Part shown: in pieces, positions 9,767 through 20,321 of the stretch | Layout: every line of letters begins with the position of its first letter | Numbering within the stretch: position 1 is the first letter of the stretch | Assembly (NCBI RefSeq): GCF_053078305.1 | Contig: NZ_CP166879.1 | DNA: 64,000 bases | Reading direction: 5' to 3' (one strand) | The notes under the pieces: generated by a model | What the model was told of the DNA's origin: nothing | What the model saw: the letters and a program-made list of their open reading frames with translations, nothing else | Databases searched by the model: none | Made by a program: the position numbers and the translations under genes

Positions 9767-10342
9767 TCAAAGCAATTTTTTCGCTAACGTCCAGACTCCG
9801 GTATTCGTGGTGGAAAGCGCCACGACACCCGCGTTAATCGCATTACGCGCATCTTCTTCATCGCATACCAGCCCGCCAGCAATCAGCGGTTGGCGGATTT
9901 TTTCCGTCACCCAGCCCAGCACTTTGGGCATGCAGCCTGGCAGGATCTCAATACAATCCGGATTCGATTGCGCAACTTGCTTATCAATGTTGTGAAACGA
10001 AATCGAATCAACAATAAACAGGCGATGAATACAGAAAAAACCTTCCGCTCTTGCCGCTTTCAACATTGAGGCTTTGGTACTGATAATGCCGTCCGCCTCG
10101 GTCACCAGTTTCAAAAACTGAATCACGACTTCTTTATTTGACGCGCCTTCCAGCAAATCAACATGAATAAAAGCATATTTCCCGGCGTTCTTAATCTTTT
10201 TAACGATATTACTGATGGTGCAGATATTGCCGTACAACACGGAAATAAATTGGCATTCAGAATCGATTGCCAGTTGCAGGCTGGCATTATCTTTAACGGC
10301 AGCAATCACCGGATTCTGGCGGAGCAGGTGTAAGAGGGGCAT
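9767..10342 (-). CDS. ygcP: GlpP-family (glycerol-3-phosphate-responsive-type) antiterminator-like protein
   Basis: 191-aa ORF; synteny with the K-12 ygc cluster. Confidence 0.75.
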   Translation of the reverse strand: MPLLHLLRQNPVIAAVKDNASLQLAIDSECQFISVLYGNICTISNIVKKIKNAGKYAFIHVDLLEGASNKEVVIQFLKLVTEADGIISTKASMLKAARAEGFFCIHRLFIVDSISFHNIDKQVAQSNPDCIEILPGCMPKVLGWVTEKIRQPLIAGGLVCDEEDARNAINAGVVALSTTNTGVWTLAKKLL

Positions 10343-10358
10343 AAATTATCCTTATTAT

Positions 10359-10619
10359 TTATCCAAAGCGGTAGGTGATGCCGAATCCGGAAGGTGGATA
10401 GCGCCACTGTTGTAGTGTTGATTCGTCGCACAGCAAACGGCAGGTGCCACACTCAAGGCAACCGCGATAATCAACACGCAAGTCGCCTTCCGGCGTGAGC
10501 GCAAAAAGACCTGCCGGGCAGGCGTTAATTAATCGTTCTGCCGTCTGGCGCTCAACGGAGTCAGCCGGAACAATATGCGGCGCATCAGCAGCGCGCCAGA
10601 GATTACGGGCTACAGACAT
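10359..10619 (-). CDS. ygcO: FixX-like ferredoxin
   Basis: 86 aa from the internal ATG; Cys-rich (CLECGTCRLLC) ferredoxin-like motif; overlaps ygcN end. Confidence 0.75.
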   Translation of the reverse strand: MSVARNLWRAADAPHIVPADSVERQTAERLINACPAGLFALTPEGDLRVDYRGCLECGTCRLLCDESTLQQWRYPPSGFGITYRFG

Positions 10620-11881
10620 CGAACACTCCTGATAACATCGCCCGCCAGATTCCACAAGCCATGACGACGTAAATGACGCCAGAGTAACTGGCGCAGCGGT
10701 GGAACAGGTTTATCACCCTGATCCCATAAATCGCGGGAAATATCCTGCATTAACGCAGGCCACGTACGGTACCATCCCGGGCGTTGCAAAAGCGCCGGAA
10801 CATGCTGATAACGCTGTAGAACTTCCCACAGCAGGCTGCGCTCTACGTTGTGATGATAAAGCGGAAACAGATTTTGCGGCTCGCGGTGCTGGCAGGCGCT
10901 TATCAGTGTTTGTGCCGCCGCCTGCGCGCCAGTTAGCGCCGTATCCATGCCGCGCACAGAAATTCCGGTATTGACGCAACTGCGCAACGCATCGCCCACC
11001 AGCAGCCAGCCGTTACCGGCGTATTGTACCGGCATACTGTGCAAGCCACCTTCTGGCACCAGATGCGCACCATACTCCAGTGATTCCGTGTTTTTGATAA
11101 GCGGGCGCACTGCCGGATGCGTTTTAAAGCGAGCAAGCAGCTCGCTTGCCGGAACACGACTTTGCGTAAGGGAAGAGAGTGGGCAAACAATCCCTAACGA
11201 GAGCGTTTGTTGATTAGTATAAAGAAATGCGCCGCCGGGTAAGTCATCACAGATTCCGCCGCTGAACAGCAACGCTGCGCCTTCGTTATTCTCCAGATGA
11301 AAACGTTCTTCAATAGCGGATGTTTCCAGCGACAGCACTTCTTTGATCCCCAACGCCATCGCTTCGCCAGCAGGACGAGTCACTAACCCGTGACGTTCAG
11401 CCAGGACGCTGTTGGCACCTTCTGCCAGCACCACATAACGGGCGCGGAGAATATCGTCACCACAAATGACACCACACACCCTGCCGTTTTCTTCATACAG
11501 TGCATCCACCGTCGCACCAGGGATGCATTCGACACCTTCTTTTTCGGCTTCGGCAACCAGCCACGGATCGAACCGTGCACGTAATACACTCCAGGATTCA
11601 CCGCCGGGCTGTAAGCTGGAAAACGTCGTTGCGCAATCCGGCGTTAACAGGGAAAGGCTTTCGTGAGTGATGCGTCGTTCAAGAGGCGCGGTCAGATGAA
11701 ATTGAGGGAGGAGTTCCGCGAGTGCATGGGTATATAACCGCCCGCCGGAAAGATTTTTGCTGCCGGGGATTTCAGCGCGTTCCAGTAACAAAACGGATAA
11801 ACCCGCTCGCGCGCAGCGTAACGCGCAAGCGGTGCCTGCAATACCGGCACCAATAATAATAATGTCGCAGTCGTCTTCCAT
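10610..11881 (-). CDS. ygcN: FixC-like FAD-dependent oxidoreductase (ETF-quinone oxidoreductase-like)
   Basis: N-terminal dinucleotide-binding motif DIIIIGAGIAG; 423 aa from the internal ATG. Confidence 0.85.
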   Translation of the reverse strand: MEDDCDIIIIGAGIAGTACALRCARAGLSVLLLERAEIPGSKNLSGGRLYTHALAELLPQFHLTAPLERRITHESLSLLTPDCATTFSSLQPGGESWSVLRARFDPWLVAEAEKEGVECIPGATVDALYEENGRVCGVICGDDILRARYVVLAEGANSVLAERHGLVTRPAGEAMALGIKEVLSLETSAIEERFHLENNEGAALLFSGGICDDLPGGAFLYTNQQTLSLGIVCPLSSLTQSRVPASELLARFKTHPAVRPLIKNTESLEYGAHLVPEGGLHSMPVQYAGNGWLLVGDALRSCVNTGISVRGMDTALTGAQAAAQTLISACQHREPQNLFPLYHHNVERSLLWEVLQRYQHVPALLQRPGWYRTWPALMQDISRDLWDQGDKPVPPLRQLLWRHLRRHGLWNLAGDVIRSVRCL

Positions 11882-11958
11882 GTCATGCCCCAGATATCCT
11901 GAACACAACACCCTAACATAGCGTTACTTAAGGGAAATTGACCGCCGCCACACTCTTA

Positions 11959-12324
11959 TCATTCGCCGCGATAGATACAACCAGCGGTGCAGGTTTCTTT
12001 TACCATCACCGCACTTAACAGCGGCACAACGGGTTTAACCTGATCCCAAATCCATTTTGCTAAAACTTCGCTAGTTGGGTTTTCCAGACCTGGAATATCA
12101 TTGAGATAATGGTGATCGAGGCGCTCATAAGTTGGCTTAAACGCCGCTTTTAGTTCAGCGAAATCGATAATCCAGCCCGTATGCGGATCGACTTCCCCGG
12201 TAATTTCCAGTCGCACCATAAAGGAATGCCCGTGCAGGCGACCACATTTATGCCCTTTCGGGACGTGTGGTAAGCGGTGAGCGGCTTCGAAGGTGAAATC
12301 TTTAAATAACGTGGTGGACATCAT
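11959..12324 (-). CDS. queD: 6-carboxy-5,6,7,8-tetrahydropterin synthase
   Basis: 121 aa from [19 protein letters not shown]...; His/Cys zinc-site motifs typical of the QueD/PTPS family. Confidence 0.9.
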   Translation of the reverse strand: MMSTTLFKDFTFEAAHRLPHVPKGHKCGRLHGHSFMVRLEITGEVDPHTGWIIDFAELKAAFKPTYERLDHHYLNDIPGLENPTSEVLAKWIWDQVKPVVPLLSAVMVKETCTAGCIYRGE

Positions 12325-12639
12325 AATTTCTCTACAGGACGATAAAACCGCCGTAGAGTACCGGAAAGGCTGTTTTTTCGCATTATCTAAAACGACTTTG
12401 TTGCGCAAAATCGCTGATTTATCTTAATGATTGGCTAAATTCATTTGTTTTTCATTAGGTTGGTTAATCTATTTTGTTGTTAAAGACTATTGCTAAAACA
12501 GGTTAGTCGATTTGGTTATTAGTTATCGCTATCCCGTCTTTAATCCACACCGTTCACCCCGTTAACCTTACCTTCTCTTCTGTTTTATGGGCGCTGACAG
12601 GGCGCAGAAACAGCTTTGCTTACTGGAACATAACGACGC

Positions 12640-14439
12640 ATGACGACACAGGTCCCACCTTCCGCGTTGCTTCCGTTGAACCCGGAGCAACTGGCACGCC
12701 TTCAGGCGGCCACGACCGATTTAACTCCCACCCAGCTTGCCTGGGTTTCTGGCTATTTCTGGGGCGTGCTCAATCAGCAGCCTGCTGCGCTTGCAGCAAC
12801 GCCAGCGCCAGCCGCAGAAATGCCGGGTATAACTATTATCTCCGCCTCGCAAACCGGCAATGCGCGCCGGGTTGCTGAAGCATTACGCGATGATTTATTG
12901 ACGGCAAAACTGAACGTTAAGCTGGTGAACGCGGGCGACTATAAATTCAAACAAATCGCCAGCGAAAAACTGCTTATCGTGGTGACGTCAACGCAAGGAG
13001 AAGGGGAACCGCCGGAAGAAGCCGTCGCGCTGCATAAGTTCCTGTTCTCCAAAAAAGCGCCGAAGCTGGAAAACACCGCATTTGCCGTGTTTAGCCTCGG
13101 CGATAGCTCTTATGAATTTTTCTGCCAGTCCGGGAAAGATTTTGACAGCAAGCTGGCGGAACTGGGCGGTGAACGCCTGCTCGACCGTGTCGATGCCGAC
13201 GTTGAATACCAGACCGCTGCCAGCGAGTGGCGCGCTCGCGTGGTTGATGCGCTTAAATCGCGTGCGCCTGTCGCGGCACCTTCGCAATCCGTCGCTACTG
13301 GCGCGGTAAATGAAATCCACACCAGCCCGTACAGCAAAGACTCGCCGCTGGTGGCGAGCCTCTCTGTTAACCAGAAAATTACCGGGCGTAACTCTGAAAA
13401 AGACGTTCGCCATATCGAAATTGACTTAGGTGACTCGGGCCTGCGTTACCAGCCGGGTGACGCGCTGGGTGTCTGGTATCAGAACGATCCGGCACTGGTG
13501 AAAGAACTTGTCGAACTGCTGTGGCTGAAAGGCGATGAACCTGTCACCGTCGAGGGCAAAACGTTGCCTCTGAACGAAGCGCTACAGTGGCACTTCGAAC
13601 TGACCGTCAACACCGCCAACATTGTTGAGAATTACGCCACGCTTACCCGCAGTGAAACACTGCTGCCGCTGGTGGGCGATAAAGCGAAGTTACAGCATTA
13701 CGCCGCGACGACGCCGATTGTTGACATGGTGCGTTTCTCCCCGGCACAGCTTGATGCCGAAGCGCTAATTAATCTGCTGCGCCCGCTGACGCCGCGTCTC
13801 TATTCCATTGCCTCCTCGCAGGCGGAAGTCGAGAACGAAGTACACGTCACCGTTGGTGTGGTGCGTTACGACGTGGAAGGCCGCGCCCGTGCCGGGGGGG
13901 CCTCCAGCTTCCTTGCGGACCGCGTGGAAGAAGAGGGCGAACTCCGCGTATTTATCGAACATAACGATAACTTCCGCCTACCAGCCAATCCAGAAACCCC
14001 GGTGATTATGATTGGCCCAGGCACCGGTATCGCGCCGTTCCGCGCCTTTATGCAGCAACGTGCTGCCGATGAAGCACCGGGTAAAAACTGGCTGTTCTTT
14101 GGCAACCCGCATTTTACGGAAGATTTCCTCTACCAGGTGGAGTGGCAGCGCTACGTCAAAGAGGGTGTGCTGACACGTATCGATCTCGCCTGGTCGCGCG
14201 ATCAAAAAGAAAAAGTTTACGTACAAGACAAACTACGCGAACAGGGCGCGGAGCTGTGGCGCTGGATCAATGACGGTGCCCACATTTATGTCTGCGGCGA
14301 CGCTAATCGCATGGCGAAAGACGTTGAGCAGGCACTTCTGGAAGTGATTGCCGAATTTGGTGGTATGGACACCGAAGCGGCGGATGAATTTTTAAGTGAG
14401 CTGCGCGTAGAGCGCCGTTATCAGCGAGATGTCTACTAA
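12640..14439 (+). CDS. cysJ: Sulfite reductase [NADPH] flavoprotein alpha component
   Basis: 599-aa ORF with flavodoxin and FAD/NADPH domains; [18 protein letters not shown]-terminus. Confidence 0.95.
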   Translation: MTTQVPPSALLPLNPEQLARLQAATTDLTPTQLAWVSGYFWGVLNQQPAALAATPAPAAEMPGITIISASQTGNARRVAEALRDDLLTAKLNVKLVNAGDYKFKQIASEKLLIVVTSTQGEGEPPEEAVALHKFLFSKKAPKLENTAFAVFSLGDSSYEFFCQSGKDFDSKLAELGGERLLDRVDADVEYQTAASEWRARVVDALKSRAPVAAPSQSVATGAVNEIHTSPYSKDSPLVASLSVNQKITGRNSEKDVRHIEIDLGDSGLRYQPGDALGVWYQNDPALVKELVELLWLKGDEPVTVEGKTLPLNEALQWHFELTVNTANIVENYATLTRSETLLPLVGDKAKLQHYAATTPIVDMVRFSPAQLDAEALINLLRPLTPRLYSIASSQAEVENEVHVTVGVVRYDVEGRARAGGASSFLADRVEEEGELRVFIEHNDNFRLPANPETPVIMIGPGTGIAPFRAFMQQRAADEAPGKNWLFFGNPHFTEDFLYQVEWQRYVKEGVLTRIDLAWSRDQKEKVYVQDKLREQGAELWRWINDGAHIYVCGDANRMAKDVEQALLEVIAEFGGMDTEAADEFLSELRVERRYQRDVY

Positions 14440-16151
14440 TGAGCGAAAAACATCCAGGGCCTTTAGTGGTCGAAGGAAAACTGACAGACGCCGAGCGCAT
14501 GAAGCTTGAAAGCAACTACCTGCGCGGCACCATTGCGGAAGATTTAAACGACGGTCTGACCGGCGGCTTTAAGGGCGACAACTTCCTGCTGATCCGCTTC
14601 CACGGCATGTATCAGCAGGATGACCGCGACATCCGCGCCGAACGTGCTGAACAGAAGCTGGAGCCGCGCCACGCGATGCTGTTGCGCTGCCGTCTGCCGG
14701 GTGGGGTGATTACCACTAAACAGTGGCAGGCGATAGACAAATTTGCCGGTGAAAACACCATCTATGGCAGCATTCGCCTGACCAACCGCCAGACGTTTCA
14801 GTTCCACGGCATTCTGAAAAAGAACGTCAAACCGGTGCACCAGATGCTGCACTCGGTTGGTCTTGATGCGCTGGCGACCGCTAACGACATGAACCGTAAC
14901 GTACTCTGCACCTCGAACCCTTACGAGTCGCAGCTACACGCGGAAGCGTATGAATGGGCGAAGAAAATCTCTGAACATCTGCTGCCGCGTACCCGCGCGT
15001 ATGCGGAGATCTGGCTCGATCAGGAAAAAGTCGCCACCACTGATGAAGAACCGATCCTCGGCCAGACCTACCTGCCGCGTAAATTCAAAACCACGGTAGT
15101 GATCCCGCCACAGAACGATATCGATCTGCACGCCAACGACATGAACTTCGTGGCGATCGCCGAAAACGGCAAGCTGGTGGGCTTTAACCTGTTGGTGGGC
15201 GGTGGGCTTTCCATCGAACACGGCAACAAGAAAACCTACGCCCGCACCGCGAGTGAGTTTGGCTATCTGCCGCTAGAGCATACGCTAGCGGTGGCGGAAG
15301 CCGTCGTGACAACTCAGCGTGACTGGGGTAACCGAACCGATCGTAAAAATGCCAAAACCAAATACACGCTGGAGCGCGTGGGGGTTGAGACGTTTAAAGC
15401 GGAAGTGGAGCGTCGCGCGGGGATCAAATTTGAACCGATCCGTCCGTATGAGTTCACCGGACGCGGAGATCGTATTGGCTGGGTTAAGGGCATTGATGAT
15501 AACTGGCACCTGACGCTGTTTATCGAAAATGGTCGCATCCTTGATTATCCGGGGCGTCCGCTGAAAACCGGCCTGCTGGAGATCGCGAAGATCCACAAAG
15601 GTGATTTCCGCATTACGGCGAACCAGAATCTGATCATCGCCGGTGTGCCGGAAAGCGAGAAAGCGAAGATCGAGAAGATCGCCAAAGAGAGCGGGTTAAT
15701 GAATGCCGTCACGCCGCAGCGTGAAAACTCAATGGCCTGCGTCTCGTTTCCGACTTGCCCGCTGGCGATGGCGGAAGCGGAGCGTTTCCTACCGTCTTTT
15801 ATCGACAACATCGATAATTTAATGGCGAAACATGGTGTTAGCGATGAGTATATCGTGATGCGTGTAACAGGCTGCCCGAACGGTTGTGGTCGCGCGATGC
15901 TGGCGGAAGTGGGCCTGGTGGGTAAAGCGCCGGGTCGCTACAACCTGCATCTTGGCGGCAACCGTATTGGGACACGTATCCCACGGATGTATAAAGAAAA
16001 CATCACCGAGCCGGAAATCCTGGCGTCGCTTGATGAACTGATAGGGCGCTGGGCGAAAGAGCGCGAAGCGGGTGAAGGCTTCGGCGACTTTACGGTGCGT
16101 GCGGGCATCATTCGCCCGGTGCTCGATCCGGCGCGCGATTTGTGGGATTAA
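14439..16151 (+). CDS. cysI: Sulfite reductase hemoprotein beta component
   Basis: 570-aa ORF; start overlaps the cysJ stop; siroheme/4Fe-4S Cys motifs. Confidence 0.95.
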   Translation: MSEKHPGPLVVEGKLTDAERMKLESNYLRGTIAEDLNDGLTGGFKGDNFLLIRFHGMYQQDDRDIRAERAEQKLEPRHAMLLRCRLPGGVITTKQWQAIDKFAGENTIYGSIRLTNRQTFQFHGILKKNVKPVHQMLHSVGLDALATANDMNRNVLCTSNPYESQLHAEAYEWAKKISEHLLPRTRAYAEIWLDQEKVATTDEEPILGQTYLPRKFKTTVVIPPQNDIDLHANDMNFVAIAENGKLVGFNLLVGGGLSIEHGNKKTYARTASEFGYLPLEHTLAVAEAVVTTQRDWGNRTDRKNAKTKYTLERVGVETFKAEVERRAGIKFEPIRPYEFTGRGDRIGWVKGIDDNWHLTLFIENGRILDYPGRPLKTGLLEIAKIHKGDFRITANQNLIIAGVPESEKAKIEKIAKESGLMNAVTPQRENSMACVSFPTCPLAMAEAERFLPSFIDNIDNLMAKHGVSDEYIVMRVTGCPNGCGRAMLAEVGLVGKAPGRYNLHLGGNRIGTRIPRMYKENITEPEILASLDELIGRWAKEREAGEGFGDFTVRAGIIRPVLDPARDLWD

Positions 16152-16166
16152 CCATCAGCCCGGTCT

Positions 16167-16203
16167 TGTAGGCCTGATAAGACGCGTGAGCGTCGCATCA
16201 GGC
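16167..16203. repeat. REP element
   Basis: TGTAGGCCTGATAAGACGCGTGAGCGTCGCATCAGGC between cysI and cysH. Confidence 0.8.
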
Positions 16204-16224
16204 AAGGCAAACAGTGAGGAATCT

Positions 16225-16959
16225 ATGCCCAAACTCGATCTAAACGCCCTGAACGAACTGCCGAAGGTAGATCGCATTCTGGCGCTGGCAGAAACTAACG
16301 CCCAACTGGAAAAACTGGACGCTGAAGGCCGCGTAGCCTGGGCGCTGGATAATCTGCCCGGTGAATATGTGCTTTCTTCCAGCTTCGGCATTCAGGCGGC
16401 GGTGAGCCTGCATCTGGTGAATCAGATTCGCCCGGATATTCCAGTGATCCTCACCGATACCGGTTACTTGTTCCCGGAAACCTACCGCTTTATTGACGAG
16501 TTAACGGACAAACTCAAGCTCAACCTGAAAGTGTACCGTGCTACCGAAAGCGCAGCCTGGCAGGAAGCACGCTACGGAAAACTGTGGGAACAGGGCGTTG
16601 AAGGCATTGAAAAGTACAATGACATCAACAAAGTCGAACCGATGAACCGGGCGCTGAAAGAACTTAACGCGCAAACGTGGTTTGCTGGCCTGCGCCGCGA
16701 ACAATCCGGCAGCCGCGCCAATTTACCGGTGCTGGCAATTCAGCGTGGCGTATTTAAAGTGCTGCCGATTATCGACTGGGATAACCGAACTATTTATCAG
16801 TACCTGCAAAAACATGGCCTTAAATATCACCCATTATGGGATGAAGGATATTTATCGGTTGGTGATACCCATACAACCCGTAAATGGGAACCCGGCATGG
16901 CTGAAGAAGAAACGCGTTTCTTTGGCTTAAAAAGGGAATGTGGGTTACACGAAGGGTAA
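16225..16959 (+). CDS. cysH: Phosphoadenosine phosphosulfate (PAPS) reductase
   Basis: 244 aa from ATG 16225 ([14 protein letters not shown]...); C-terminal ECGLH motif. Confidence 0.95.
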   Translation: MPKLDLNALNELPKVDRILALAETNAQLEKLDAEGRVAWALDNLPGEYVLSSSFGIQAAVSLHLVNQIRPDIPVILTDTGYLFPETYRFIDELTDKLKLNLKVYRATESAAWQEARYGKLWEQGVEGIEKYNDINKVEPMNRALKELNAQTWFAGLRREQSGSRANLPVLAIQRGVFKVLPIIDWDNRTIYQYLQKHGLKYHPLWDEGYLSVGDTHTTRKWEPGMAEEETRFFGLKRECGLHEG

Positions 16960-17223
16960 ATATTGCCGGATAAATTAAACGCCTCTGTCAGAAATGATGG
17001 GGGCGTTTTTATTTTGCGAGCAGCATTCCTGATTTTAAACGTGAACGCCGCTGGAAGAATTAACAGGTATAGAATGGTGTTGGGTGCTTGAGGCTGTCTG
17101 GCGTTAAGCATTCGCGAGGTTCCAGATGGACAAAAGCCCCAGGCGATATTTCTATCAACCTGAGGCCAGCGTTCGAACCTAAGCAATTCGAATGTTAGTC
17201 TCTTCTTTGCAGGGAGGCAAGAC

Positions 17224-17376
17224 ATGCTGACAAAATATGCCCTTGTGGCAATCATCGTACTGTGTTGTACAGTACTGGGATTCACGCTGATGGTAGGCGA
17301 CTCGTTGTGTGAGTTGAGTATCAGAGAACGTGGTATGGAGTTTAAGGCTGTTCTCGCTTACGAATCGAAGAAGTAG
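17224..17376 (+). CDS. Hok/Gef-family type I toxin (50 aa), intact
   Basis: Translation [50 protein letters not shown]: hydrophobic N-terminal helix, conserved SLCE and AYES motifs of the Hok family; GGAGG 9 nt upstream of ATG. Below the track's 60-aa cutoff. Confidence 0.85.
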   Translation: MLTKYALVAIIVLCCTVLGFTLMVGDSLCELSIRERGMEFKAVLAYESKK

Positions 17377-17381
17377 CCACC

Positions 17382-17403
17382 ACGCGGGGGTAAAACCCCG
17401 CGT
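17382..17403 (+). terminator. GC-rich hairpin directly after the hok-like ORF (mRNA 3' structure or terminator)
   Basis: ACGCGGGGG-TAAAA-CCCCGCGT perfect 8-bp stem; the following T-tract is weak. Confidence 0.4.
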
Positions 17404-17568
17404 ATTGAATTGTGATGGTTTGGTCTCCTGCACCCTTTTTTAAATTTATATTTTTTATGTGAATATATTGTCTCTATTTATTATTATGAATTTCAAATGA
17501 AAATCATAAATTTATTCACAATATAAATGTTTTATTGGCTGATATATATCACAGATAATTTTTAAAAT

Positions 17569-20268
17569 ATGCGTAAATATCCTTTAAGTTTACTGAAGGA
17601 TAAAAATATTGTGACTTTCTTTGATTTCTGGGGAAAAACCCGACGCGACGAGAAAGAAGGGGGTGACGACTATCACCTTCTTTGCTGGCATTCGCTGGAT
17701 GTGGCCGCGATGGGCTATTTAATGGTTAAAAGAAATTGCTTCGGGCTGGCTGATTATTTTCGTCAATTAGGGATTTCTGACAAGGAACAGGCGGCTCAAT
17801 TTTTCGCCTGGTTGTTGTGCTGGCACGATATTGGAAAATTTGCCCGCTCATTTCAGCAACTTTACCTGCACCCACAACTCAAGGTTCTGGAAGGCGCAAG
17901 AAAGAATTACGAAAAGATCTCTCATTCAACGCTGGGCTACTGGTTGTGGCATCATTATTTAAGTGAATGCGAAGAATTGCTTCCTGCCTCTTCACTCTCT
18001 ACTCGCAAACTTAAACGTGTAATAGCGATGTGGATGCCCATGACTACCGGGCATCATGGTCGGCCCCCTGACCGTATTGATGAACTGGATAATTTTCTGC
18101 CTGAAGACAAAGCTGCCGCACGAGATTTTCTCCTTGAAATCAAGTCACTGTTTCCGCTCATAGAGATTCCCACATTCTGGGATGATGACGAGGGCGTTGA
18201 ACTTTTAAAACAACTTTCCTGGTATATCTCTGCAACAGTCGTACTCGCAGACTGGACGGGTTCGTCAACGCGATTTTTTCCACGCGTCGCACAGACAATG
18301 AATATTAAAGATTACTGGCAGAAAACTTTAGTTCAGGCTCAAAACGCCTTAACCGTCTTTCCTCCAAAAGCAGAAACCGCACCTTTCACCGGAATTAATA
18401 CGCTGTTTCCTTTTATTGAGCACCCGACACCATTACAGCAAAAGGTACTGGATCTGGATATCAGCCAGCCAGGGCCACAGTTATTTATTCTGGAAGATGT
18501 GACTGGCGCAGGTAAAACAGAAGCGGCGCTTATCCTGGCGCACAGGTTGATGGCTGAGAATAAAGCTCAGGGTTTGTTTTTTGGCCTGCCAACAATGGCA
18601 ACGGCCAATGCCATGTACGATCGGCTGGTCAAAACCTGGCTTGCTTTCTTTTCGCCAGAATCCCGCCCCAGCCTGGTGCTGGCACACAGCGCCCGTACAT
18701 TAATGGAACGCTTTAATGAATCACTCTGGTCCGGTGATTTAGTCGGGTCAGAAGAACCGGATGAACAAGCGTTCAGTCAAGGATGTGCAGCCTGGTTTGC
18801 CGACAGTAACAAGAAGGCTTTACTGGCTGAAATTGGCGTCGGCACGCTGGATCAGGCGATGATGGCAGTGATGCCGTTTAAACATAATAATCTGCGGCTT
18901 CTGGGGTTGAGTAACAAAATCCTGCTGGCTGATGAGATCCACGCCTGTGACGCTTACATGTCGTACATTCTTGAAGGGTTGATTGAGCGACAGGTGCGTG
19001 GCGGAAACAGCGTCATTTTGCTTTCTGCTACGTTATCTCAACAGCAGCGCGACAAACTTGTCGCCGCCTTTGCGCGTGGCACAGAGGGCCAGCAAGAAGC
19101 TCCGTTCCTGGAAAAGGATGATTACCCCTGGCTGACGCATGTCACGAAATCCGATGTGCATTCGCACCGGGTAGCGACGCGCAAAGACGTTGAGCGTAGC
19201 GTGAGCGTGGGTTGGCTTCATAGCGAACAAGAATGTATTGCGCGTATCGAATCAGCGGTAAGTCAGGGGAAATGCATCGCCTGGATCCGGAATTCTGTCG
19301 ATGACGCTATTAAGGTTTATCGTCAGTTACTTGCCCGCGGCGTCATTCCTGCTTCCAGCCTTTCACTTTTTCATAGCCGCTTTGCTTTTAGCGATCGCCA
19401 GCGAATTGAAACGGAAACGCTGGCACGCTTTGGTAAAAATTGTAGTTTAAAAAGATCATCTCAAGTCATTGTTTGTACACAAGTAATTGAGCAAAGTGTG
19501 GATATTGACCTGGACGAAATGATCTCCGACCTGGCCCCCATTGATTTGCTGATCCAGCGAGCGGGGCGATTACAACGGCATATTCGTGATATTAATGGTC
19601 AGTTAAAACGTGATGGAAAAGACGAGCGTTCCCCTCCTGAATTGCTGATTCTGGCCCCCGTCTGGGACGACTCTCCGGGTGACGAATGGTTTGGTAGTGC
19701 GATGCGTAACAGCGCATATGTCTACCCCGATCATGGGCGAATCTGGCTGACGCAGCGAGTATTGCGTGAGCAAGGCGCTATTCAGATGCCACACGCAGCC
19801 CGGCTTCTTATTGAATCCGTCTACGGTGAGGACGTGGTAATGCCGGAAGGATTTGCCCGCAGCGAGCAGGAGCAAGTGGGCAAATATTACTGCGATCGCG
19901 CAATGGCTAAAAAGTTTATGCTGAACTTCAGGCCCGGCTATGCCGCCAATATCAACGATTACCTCCCGGAAAAGCTGTCGACACGTCTGGCTGAAGAGTC
20001 TGTTTCCCTGTGGCTGGCTACCTGTATTGACGGTGTGGTGAAGCCTTATGCCAGCGGTGCTCACGCATGGGAAATGAGCGTTGCCAGAGTGCGTCGAAGC
20101 TGGTGGAAAAAACATCGGGATGAATTTTCTTTACTGGAAGGGGAAGCGTTCAGGCAGTGGTGCATTGAACAACGGCAAGATCCGGAGATGGCAAACGTGA
20201 TTTTAGTCACCGATGACGAAAGCTGCGGGTATTCGGCTACGGAAGGATTGATTGGCAAGGTTGATTGA
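17569..20268 (+). CDS. cas3: Cas3 helicase-nuclease (type I-E)
   Basis: 899-aa ORF; N-terminal HD domain region, DExH helicase motifs (GAGKTEAAL, DEIH). Confidence 0.95.
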   Translation: MRKYPLSLLKDKNIVTFFDFWGKTRRDEKEGGDDYHLLCWHSLDVAAMGYLMVKRNCFGLADYFRQLGISDKEQAAQFFAWLLCWHDIGKFARSFQQLYLHPQLKVLEGARKNYEKISHSTLGYWLWHHYLSECEELLPASSLSTRKLKRVIAMWMPMTTGHHGRPPDRIDELDNFLPEDKAAARDFLLEIKSLFPLIEIPTFWDDDEGVELLKQLSWYISATVVLADWTGSSTRFFPRVAQTMNIKDYWQKTLVQAQNALTVFPPKAETAPFTGINTLFPFIEHPTPLQQKVLDLDISQPGPQLFILEDVTGAGKTEAALILAHRLMAENKAQGLFFGLPTMATANAMYDRLVKTWLAFFSPESRPSLVLAHSARTLMERFNESLWSGDLVGSEEPDEQAFSQGCAAWFADSNKKALLAEIGVGTLDQAMMAVMPFKHNNLRLLGLSNKILLADEIHACDAYMSYILEGLIERQVRGGNSVILLSATLSQQQRDKLVAAFARGTEGQQEAPFLEKDDYPWLTHVTKSDVHSHRVATRKDVERSVSVGWLHSEQECIARIESAVSQGKCIAWIRNSVDDAIKVYRQLLARGVIPASSLSLFHSRFAFSDRQRIETETLARFGKNCSLKRSSQVIVCTQVIEQSVDIDLDEMISDLAPIDLLIQRAGRLQRHIRDINGQLKRDGKDERSPPELLILAPVWDDSPGDEWFGSAMRNSAYVYPDHGRIWLTQRVLREQGAIQMPHAARLLIESVYGEDVVMPEGFARSEQEQVGKYYCDRAMAKKFMLNFRPGYAANINDYLPEKLSTRLAEESVSLWLATCIDGVVKPYASGAHAWEMSVARVRRSWWKKHRDEFSLLEGEAFRQWCIEQRQDPEMANVILVTDDESCGYSATEGLIGKVD

Positions 20269-20297
20269 GATGCCCTGGCGTCGGATGACGCCAGGGC

Positions 20298-20321
20298 TTA
20301 TCCCCGCTGACGCGGGGAACA
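20298..20321 (-). repeat. Solitary CRISPR repeat-like sequence, inverted relative to the arrays
   Basis: TTATCCCCGCTGACGCGGGGAACA matches the reverse complement of the array repeat (TTATCCCCGCTGGCGCGGGGAACA) at 23 of 24 positions; preceded by an 11-bp-stem hairpin at 20272-20297. Confidence 0.7.

Noticed and set aside
16977-17015. Possible cysH terminator hairpin (AAACGCC...GGCGTTTTTATTTT)
   Set aside because: The stem is short with a long loop; it is plausible but too weak to call as a feature with confidence.
16827-17285. 152-aa minus-strand ORF spanning the cysH 3' end and the hok region
   Set aside because: No recognisable domain, overlaps the cysH coding end in antisense, and conflicts with the well-supported hok-like ORF; judged spurious.
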